The translations under genes were made by a program, and so were the position numbers. A stretch of DNA of 63,892 bases, filler included, from Candidatus Woesearchaeota archaeon (GTDB lineage: Archaea; Nanobdellota; Nanobdellia; Woesearchaeales; CG1-02-33-12): NCBI GenBank assembly GCA_018399355.1. It is 5 parts of 5 records of this genome, joined end to end, with 100 filler letters (N's around TTAATTAATTAA, not from the genome) between each part and the next. Parts side by side here need not be neighbours in the genome. Positions count along the whole stretch, not along the records: positions 56,253 to 63,892 come from JAGYOA010000043.1; 4 more parts are not named here. One strand, given 5' to 3'. Below, in pieces: positions 57,937-63,892 of the stretch. Below the pieces are notes generated by a model. It did no database searches. It had not been told where the DNA came from and saw only the letters and a program-made list of their open reading frames with translations. Positions within the stretch are counted from its first letter, which is position 1; the number at the start of each line of letters is the position of its first letter.

Positions 57937-58683
57937 ATGGAAATATGGGGTTTAGTTGCAATAATTCTTGCAATAATAATTATACTTGCAATATTGAAGT
58001 TTGTTTTTAAGATGGTAAAACTGGTATTCTGGATAGCTGTTATCTTGTTTATAATAACGAGTGTGATGGGAATATTCACATACAGGGATGCGCTTGATAT
58101 TAAGGAAAACCTTGAAACCCAGCCCAAAATTTTTCTGTTAAAGGAAAATGAGAATATTATCACAGGATTTTCTCTTGAAAGTTTTGATGAAGTCTCTGAA
58201 TATTTTGACTCCACTAAAATATCTGCATACCAAAAAGATTTCAAAGACAAAAACTATAAAGAGATGCTTGGCGAGAACTACAAAATGTTTATATTTGACA
58301 AAGATGCTTTTGACTTAAGTGAAAAGCAAATTGACTTCATAGGCGGAAAAGTATCAAAGCAGGAACTCTATTCTGTGCTTAAATCAAATAAACCTATTGA
58401 AGCTTATAGCTCTGTTGCAGGAACAGACCCGAGAGTTTATGGCATAGAAAACCCTGCTGAGTTTAAAGGAAATATATTTGCTTTGCTTTTCAACGAAGAG
58501 TTTAAGTCAAAAGGCCAGCTGTTTATTTTAATGGAGTACAAGAAAAACAATGTTATTGTTTATCCTGAAACAGCAAGTTTCAAACTAATAAAACTAGTGC
58601 CAACATCATTTATCAAAAATATTTTTGAAAAAGCAAAAGAAAAGGCAGTTGAAAAAATAAATGGCACTATAAGAGGTGATTAA
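57937..58683 (+). CDS. Hypothetical membrane protein
   Basis: Two N-terminal TM helices followed by a soluble domain. Confidence 0.7.
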   Translation: MEIWGLVAIILAIIIILAILKFVFKMVKLVFWIAVILFIITSVMGIFTYRDALDIKENLETQPKIFLLKENENIITGFSLESFDEVSEYFDSTKISAYQKDFKDKNYKEMLGENYKMFIFDKDAFDLSEKQIDFIGGKVSKQELYSVLKSNKPIEAYSSVAGTDPRVYGIENPAEFKGNIFALLFNEEFKSKGQLFILMEYKKNNVIVYPETASFKLIKLVPTSFIKNIFEKAKEKAVEKINGTIRGD

Positions 58684-59119
58684 TATCGGCATTTTCAACA
58701 ATCTTGAATTCTGGAAAAAGTATTCAGGAGAAAAGGACAATACAGGCGTTGATAATGACCTTGGATTAAGACAGCAGGATCAGGAATTTGATAATTCTGG
58801 CCTTCCAAAGAGAAGCCCTTACCAGCAACACAATAAAATGCCTGAAATGCAGGAAATGCAGCCAGCCGGATTCGGAGAAAGCTCTGGATTTGAGGGCTCT
58901 TCATTTGATCCAAACAGCTTAATGGACGATCAATCTTTTTCTGAAAAAAATCAATTCCAGAAAAACACCAATCCTGAATTTGATAACTTTCAAAACAGAC
59001 AGCAGTCATCAATGCAAAAAGACCTTGAGATAATATCAACAAAGATTGATTCCATAAAGCTTATTCTTGAGGATATGGACAGAAGGATAAGCGAGATAGA
59101 GAAGATTGCAAAACAATGA
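58676..59119 (+). CDS. Hypothetical protein, disordered with C-terminal coiled coil
   Basis: Q/S/F/D-rich region then DLEIISTKIDSIKLILEDMDRRISEIEK. Overlaps both neighbours. Confidence 0.6.
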   Translation: MINIGIFNNLEFWKKYSGEKDNTGVDNDLGLRQQDQEFDNSGLPKRSPYQQHNKMPEMQEMQPAGFGESSGFEGSSFDPNSLMDDQSFSEKNQFQKNTNPEFDNFQNRQQSSMQKDLEIISTKIDSIKLILEDMDRRISEIEKIAKQ

Positions 59120-59568
59120 AAAAAGCAAAACAAGGCATTTTATTTCTTATAATATCAATAGCTGTTGTTGTTTTTGATTATGCTGTAAAATTTATAGTTA
59201 GGAAAAGCATAAGCCCGGGACAATCAATTATTTTATTAAAAAATGTTCTTCATATAACTTATGTCAAAAATTTCGGGGCCGGCTTTGGGATATTTCAGGG
59301 CAAAACCAATATCTTGATATGGTTTTCAGTTATTGCAATAGGCATAATTCTTTTTTATTATGACAAAATAATTGAAAAAAAATCATTGCAGGTTGCATCA
59401 GCATTAATACTAGGGGGAACTGTCTCAAATTTAATAGACAGAATATTTCTTGGTTTTGTTGTTGATTATATTGACTTCAGGATTTGGCCTGTCTTTAATA
59501 TAGGAGACTCATGTATAACCATCGGCGCCTTAATTCTTATTATTTATTTGATTAAACAAGAAAAATAG
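59116..59568 (+). CDS. lspA: Lipoprotein signal peptidase (signal peptidase II)
   Basis: DYAVK, YVKNFGAGFG, LGGTVSNLIDR, GFVVDYID, WPVFNIGD with both catalytic Asp residues. Confidence 0.92.
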   Translation: MKKAKQGILFLIISIAVVVFDYAVKFIVRKSISPGQSIILLKNVLHITYVKNFGAGFGIFQGKTNILIWFSVIAIGIILFYYDKIIEKKSLQVASALILGGTVSNLIDRIFLGFVVDYIDFRIWPVFNIGDSCITIGALILIIYLIKQEK

Positions 59569-59569
59569 T

Positions 59570-60253
59570 TTATTTAACGCAGTCACAGGGCTTAAAACCT
59601 TCCTCTTCAGCCTGTTTTTTGCTTTGAAAGTTTATCTTTCTTTTAGGAAGGATTTTCTCTGCCCATCTGCAGCTTGACACGTGGTATTTTTTGCCTTTTC
59701 TGCTTGCAACAAATTGTTGGGTTTTTTTCTTTTCAGTTTTATCAGAGCTGCTTTTAATGATTATCTCTTTTATTTTTCTTTCAGCTTTTTTAATCTCGTC
59801 TGCCTCTCTAAGTATCTCTTTTTTGTATTCCTGTATTCTTTCCTGAGAGGTTTTTTCAATTGCTTGTTCAGCTTTGTTAATCTGTTCTGCTTCGTGTATA
59901 ATCTCTGTTTCATAAGGCTTAATTTTTCGTCCCTGTAGGTTGTCTATTGAAAGCAAAAATCCTATTACAGATGCAAATATCAAAAATACAAATAAAATCT
60001 GGTTTTCAGAGTAAAAGTAAAGAAATGTTATATTTATCAGATAAGCTGCAAAAAACAAAAGCAACATAACCCATGCAGCCATCCTGTTTTTATAAAGATA
60101 ATACAATATGATTGCAGCTGAAATAAAAAAGATTATAAAAGCAAAAAACTGTATCGCAAAAAATTCTTTTGCGCTGAATATCATTTTTGATAATCCAAGA
60201 AGATTAACGCAGAAAATTGCAATTATTATAAAATACTTCAATATATTTTTCAT
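59570..60253 (-). CDS. Membrane protein with C-terminal Ada-type metal-binding domain
   Basis: Four TM helices, coiled coil, then FVASRKGKKYHVSSCRWA...F.S...AEEEGFKPC. Confidence 0.72.
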   Translation of the reverse strand: MKNILKYFIIIAIFCVNLLGLSKMIFSAKEFFAIQFFAFIIFFISAAIILYYLYKNRMAAWVMLLLFFAAYLINITFLYFYSENQILFVFLIFASVIGFLLSIDNLQGRKIKPYETEIIHEAEQINKAEQAIEKTSQERIQEYKKEILREADEIKKAERKIKEIIIKSSSDKTEKKKTQQFVASRKGKKYHVSSCRWAEKILPKRKINFQSKKQAEEEGFKPCDCVK

Positions 60254-60305
60254 AAAGTATAATTAGTTAAGCTAATATATAAAGTTTTTTATTCTGGAGT
60301 AGTAA

Positions 60306-60650
60306 TTAGAACTCTTCAAAAGAGTCAAGCTCTTTAAGATATCCTTTTCTTCTAAGCCAACTTACTTGGACGGGTCTGTACTTATATATTATATCTCCTT
60401 TTTCATCACCGCCGAATTCCCATGGCTCAACAATAACTAAATCACCCTGCCTTACCCAAAGCCTTCTTTTTAATCTGCCGGGAATCCTGCAAACTCTTGA
60501 CTTGCCATCAAGGCATCTCACTTTATTTCTGCTTCCGCCTAAACGCTGCTCAAGAATTCCAAAGCTTTGATTTCCACGTGGAAGTTTTATCCTCATAATC
60601 TGCTGGTTTATTGCTTCCTGTTTTGCTGCTTCTTCTTTTTTCTTACTCAT
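60306..60650 (-). CDS. eif1a: Translation initiation factor aIF-1A
   Basis: [48 protein letters not shown]. Confidence 0.95.
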   Translation of the reverse strand: MSKKKEEAAKQEAINQQIMRIKLPRGNQSFGILEQRLGGSRNKVRCLDGKSRVCRIPGRLKRRLWVRQGDLVIVEPWEFGGDEKGDIIYKYRPVQVSWLRRKGYLKELDSFEEF

Positions 60651-60857
60651 ATCTAAATAAAATAAAGGTTTTTTTATAAATCTTTTGGTGAATACCAAAA
60701 ATTAAAAAGTTTCTCATCGTAGCAAAAAATTTAAACATAATTAATAATTACATTAGTCTATGTTTTTCTGTAAGAAAATACCTGAGAAAGGCTTAAGCAC
60801 ACCATTAAGATTTAAGTTATAGTAACCTTTATATAGTAGTAAATTATTCTGCTATTA

Positions 60858-61172
60858 ATGGAATTAGAAACAAAAGTAAGGATATTAATGGGTGTTGCAG
60901 CAATAACATTTGCAGTTGGACCTTATTGTAATAACTATTTTCGCATAGGCAGAAATTTAGAACCTAATGCAATCTTATGCAACTCTTTTAACAATTTAAG
61001 ACCTATTTTAAATGGGAATATGCCAATAGTCAGAAATATGGATTTGGATGGAAATGGAAAATATGAATCTGCCTTATTCTATAAAGATTCTCAAGGCAAA
61101 ACTATTTACCATGAAATAATCAAAAATGAGGAAGGTAAATTAGTTTTCAGAGAAACTAAATTCTACAAGTGA
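60858..61172 (+). CDS. Hypothetical protein with N-terminal hydrophobic segment
   Basis: 104-aa ORF with a DLDGNGKYE calcium-loop-like motif. TATA box upstream. Confidence 0.55.
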   Translation: MELETKVRILMGVAAITFAVGPYCNNYFRIGRNLEPNAILCNSFNNLRPILNGNMPIVRNMDLDGNGKYESALFYKDSQGKTIYHEIIKNEEGKLVFRETKFYK

Positions 61173-61288
61173 CCTGTATATAATAAAAATTGATTGAAAA
61201 AACGCAAGATTTAAATATATCCTATTGTTTATTAAAGGTAATTCTTTCTGTAGAAGAATTTTTTCTAAAAAATGTGGGGTATAATCCT

Positions 61289-61927
61289 ATGGAAAACGAG
61301 AATATAATGAAAACTGGTACTACAACTCTTGGAATTATTTGCAAAGACGGAATAATCCTTGCTGCTGACAGGAGAGCAACAGCAGGTAATATGATAGTTG
61401 ACAAAAAAGCGCAAAAAGTATTCAAGATAAATGATAATATGGCTCTAACAACAGCAGGAGGAGTTTCTGACATACAGCTTCTTGTAAAGCTGTTAAAGGC
61501 AGAGCTTGCATTAAAAAGTGTAAGAACAGAAAGAGAGCCAAATGTAACAGAGGCTGTAAATCTTCTTGCAGGAATGGTATATTCCAATATAAGAAAGATG
61601 TCAATGATACCTGGAATAAGCCACTTCTTATTTGGTGGAGTTGATAGCGAAGGCACTCATTTGTACGATATCTACCCTGATGGCTCACTGTCAAAAAATG
61701 ATGAGTTTATATCATCAGGCTCAGGATCTGTTATGGCCTATGGTGTTCTTGAGACATTGTATAAAAAGGATATAAAAATAGAAGAAGGTGTTAAACTGGC
61801 AGTTAAATGCCTGAATGCCGCTCTTCAAAGGGATTCTGCTTCAGGAAACGGAATTGATATCATAACTATAACAGACAAAGGAGTTAATAAAATTCTTGAA
61901 AAAGAAATCAACAACAAAATAGAATAA
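61289..61927 (+). CDS. psmB: Proteasome subunit beta
   Basis: Propeptide then KTG/TTT, AADRRATAG, SGSGS, RDSASG. Confidence 0.96.
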   Translation: MENENIMKTGTTTLGIICKDGIILAADRRATAGNMIVDKKAQKVFKINDNMALTTAGGVSDIQLLVKLLKAELALKSVRTEREPNVTEAVNLLAGMVYSNIRKMSMIPGISHFLFGGVDSEGTHLYDIYPDGSLSKNDEFISSGSGSVMAYGVLETLYKKDIKIEEGVKLAVKCLNAALQRDSASGNGIDIITITDKGVNKILEKEINNKIE

Positions 61928-61957
61928 TTTTCTCTTTAATTAAGAAAGGTGCATTTC

Positions 61958-63847
61958 ATGAATAATCCAATAATAAAAGAAATTCTCAGCCAACTTCCTG
62001 AGGATAAGATAAGCGATGCTTGCTTTGAAGGAGCAAACATAGTGCTCTACACAAAGGACAAGGAGTTTTTTCTAAACAACAATGGACTCATCAGGAAGAT
62101 AGTGGATAATATAAAGAAAAGGGTTGAGTTAAGGCCTGATCCCGCAATAACAATTGACAAAGAAGATGCTGAAAATATAATAAGGCAGTCTATACCTGAA
62201 GAAGCAGGTGTTGATAAAGTGATATTTGACCCTCAAAGATCAAGGGTAATAGTGGAAGCAGAAAAGCCGGGAATTGCAATAGGAAAACAAGGAGAGATAT
62301 TAAGAGACATAAGAAAAAAAACACTTTGGGTTCCATTGATAAGAAGAAAGCCAGCAATAAGGTCTCAGCTTATTGAAAATATAAGGGAAGTTCTTTACCA
62401 AAATTCTGATTACAGGAGAAAATTCCTTGATAAGATAGGCCATAGAATTTACGACGGCTGGATAAGGGAGAAAAAGAACGAATGGATAAGGGTAAGCTAC
62501 TTAGGAGGAGGAAGACAGGTCGGAAGGTCATGTATACTTCTTCAGACTCCAGAATCAAGAGTTTTGCTTGACTGTGGTGTTGATGTTGCAAGCGAAAGAG
62601 AAGGATATCCTTTTCTCGAGGCTCCTGAATTCAATATAAATGATCTTGACGCTGTTGTATTAACACATTCACACCTTGACCACTGCGGATTTATACCTTA
62701 CCTATATAAGTATGGATTTCGCGGACCTGTTTACTGCACAGCTCCAACAAGAGATGTTTCCGCGCTCATGCTGATTGACTATGTAAAGATAATGCGCTCA
62801 AATGCAAAAGAGCCCATATTTTCCATAGATGATATAAAAGAAATGGTAAGGCATACAATATGCCTTGACTACAATGAAGTAAGCGATATAACACCAGATG
62901 TAAGAATAACCTTATACAATGCAGGGCATATCCTAGGCTCATCAATGATTCACCTTCATATTGGGAATGGGCTTCATAATATTGTTTATACTGGTGATAT
63001 GAAGTTTGGAAAAACAAGGCTGCTTGATACAGCAGTAACAAAATTTCCAAGGGTTGAAACATTGATGATGGAAAGCACTTATGGCGGAAGAGAAAATGTG
63101 CTTCAGTCAAGAAAAGAGTCCGAGGATGAAGTAGCTGATATAATCAAAGAAACAATAAAAAGAAAAGGCAAGGTTTTAATTCCTGTTTTAGGTTCAGGAA
63201 GAGCCCAGGAAGTTTTGCTTATAGTTGAAAATCTTATAAGAACAGGAAGCATTGAAAAGGTTCCTGTATTTATAGACGGTAGTGTATGGGATATAACTGC
63301 AATACATACTGCTTACCCTGAATTTTTAAACAGCGCAGTAAGAAAGCAAATTTTCCACAAAGACCAGAATCCTTTTTTATCTGACATATTCAAAAGAGTT
63401 GGCTCTCAAAAAGAAAGAAAACAGGTTATAGAAGAAACCGGCTCATGCATAATCCTTGCAACATCAGGAATGCTGGTTGGAGGGCCTTCTGTACAATACC
63501 TAAAACAGCTTGCTGACAACCCAAAAAACACGATGCTTTTTGTATGCTACCAGGGAGAGGGATCTCTTGGAAGACGCATACAAAGAGGAGAAAGGGAAAT
63601 GTCAGTTGACGGTGGAAAAGAGATAACACAGATAAAGCTTGACATCCACACTATTGAGGGGTTTACAGGTCACAGCGGAAGAAAAGAATTGCTTAATTTT
63701 GTTTACAGATGTGAACCAAAACCAAAAAAGGTTATACTTAATCACGGAGAAAGCTCAAGATGTCTTGATTTGGCAAGCTCTCTGCATAAGATGAACCGTA
63801 TAGAAACATCTGCTCCTCGAAATTTAGAATCCTTAAGACTAAAGTAA
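61958..63847 (+). CDS. aCPSF1/FttA beta-CASP ribonuclease with KH domains
   Basis: FEGANIV, KPG..IGK.G (KH), HSHLDH, NAGHILGS, GRAQE, GFTGHSG, HGE. Follows psmB as in other archaea. Confidence 0.95.
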   Translation: MNNPIIKEILSQLPEDKISDACFEGANIVLYTKDKEFFLNNNGLIRKIVDNIKKRVELRPDPAITIDKEDAENIIRQSIPEEAGVDKVIFDPQRSRVIVEAEKPGIAIGKQGEILRDIRKKTLWVPLIRRKPAIRSQLIENIREVLYQNSDYRRKFLDKIGHRIYDGWIREKKNEWIRVSYLGGGRQVGRSCILLQTPESRVLLDCGVDVASEREGYPFLEAPEFNINDLDAVVLTHSHLDHCGFIPYLYKYGFRGPVYCTAPTRDVSALMLIDYVKIMRSNAKEPIFSIDDIKEMVRHTICLDYNEVSDITPDVRITLYNAGHILGSSMIHLHIGNGLHNIVYTGDMKFGKTRLLDTAVTKFPRVETLMMESTYGGRENVLQSRKESEDEVADIIKETIKRKGKVLIPVLGSGRAQEVLLIVENLIRTGSIEKVPVFIDGSVWDITAIHTAYPEFLNSAVRKQIFHKDQNPFLSDIFKRVGSQKERKQVIEETGSCIILATSGMLVGGPSVQYLKQLADNPKNTMLFVCYQGEGSLGRRIQRGEREMSVDGGKEITQIKLDIHTIEGFTGHSGRKELLNFVYRCEPKPKKVILNHGESSRCLDLASSLHKMNRIETSAPRNLESLRLK

Positions 63848-63892
63848 TACATTTATTCATTACTTCTTAGTAACTAAAAAATAGAAAGATTT

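Noticed and set aside
1..63892. rRNA genes, CRISPR arrays, transposases, inteins
   Set aside because: No long GC-rich structured tracts, repeat-spacer arrays, transposase motifs or oversized host proteins were seen by eye.

Overview
AT-rich archaeal sequence, most likely a DPANN (Woesearchaeota-like) metagenome-assembled genome. The lineage is inferred from gene content such as eL15, aIF-1A, Spt5, RFC, the proteasome beta subunit, aCPSF1, ABCE1 and SecDF-FtsZ-SecE. The window is not contiguous: it is five contigs joined by four artificial 100-nt N44-TTAATTAATTAA-N44 linkers, so adjacency across linkers carries no meaning. Most content is housekeeping: rad50 (partial), mre11, argS, guaB and GMP synthase, glmS-glmM-glmU, secF-secD-cmk-FKBP-ftsZ-secE-spt5-rpl11, and psmB-aCPSF1. 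Highlights: (1) two tandem Lrp genes divergent from an unknown wHTH protein and a thymidylate-synthase homologue lacking the catalytic Cys, with repeated palindromic operator-like sites between them; (2) a CofE/F420-ligase-like gene between a eukaryote-like IMPDH and a GMP synthase that has only its ATPase subunit; (3) a tRNA-Gly(CCC) with a 94-nt bulge-helix-bulge intron in the T-loop and an A1-U72 pair; (4) a bacterial-type lipoprotein signal peptidase LspA in an archaeon; (5) a degenerate PGI/PMI beside an intact PGI; (6) a subtilisin with a possible stand-alone I9 inhibitor, a membrane-anchored caspase-like protease, a stand-alone CARF-like protein, a RelE-type TA pair and three Zn-ribbon microproteins absent from the ORF track. 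No rRNA, CRISPR array or transposase was seen.
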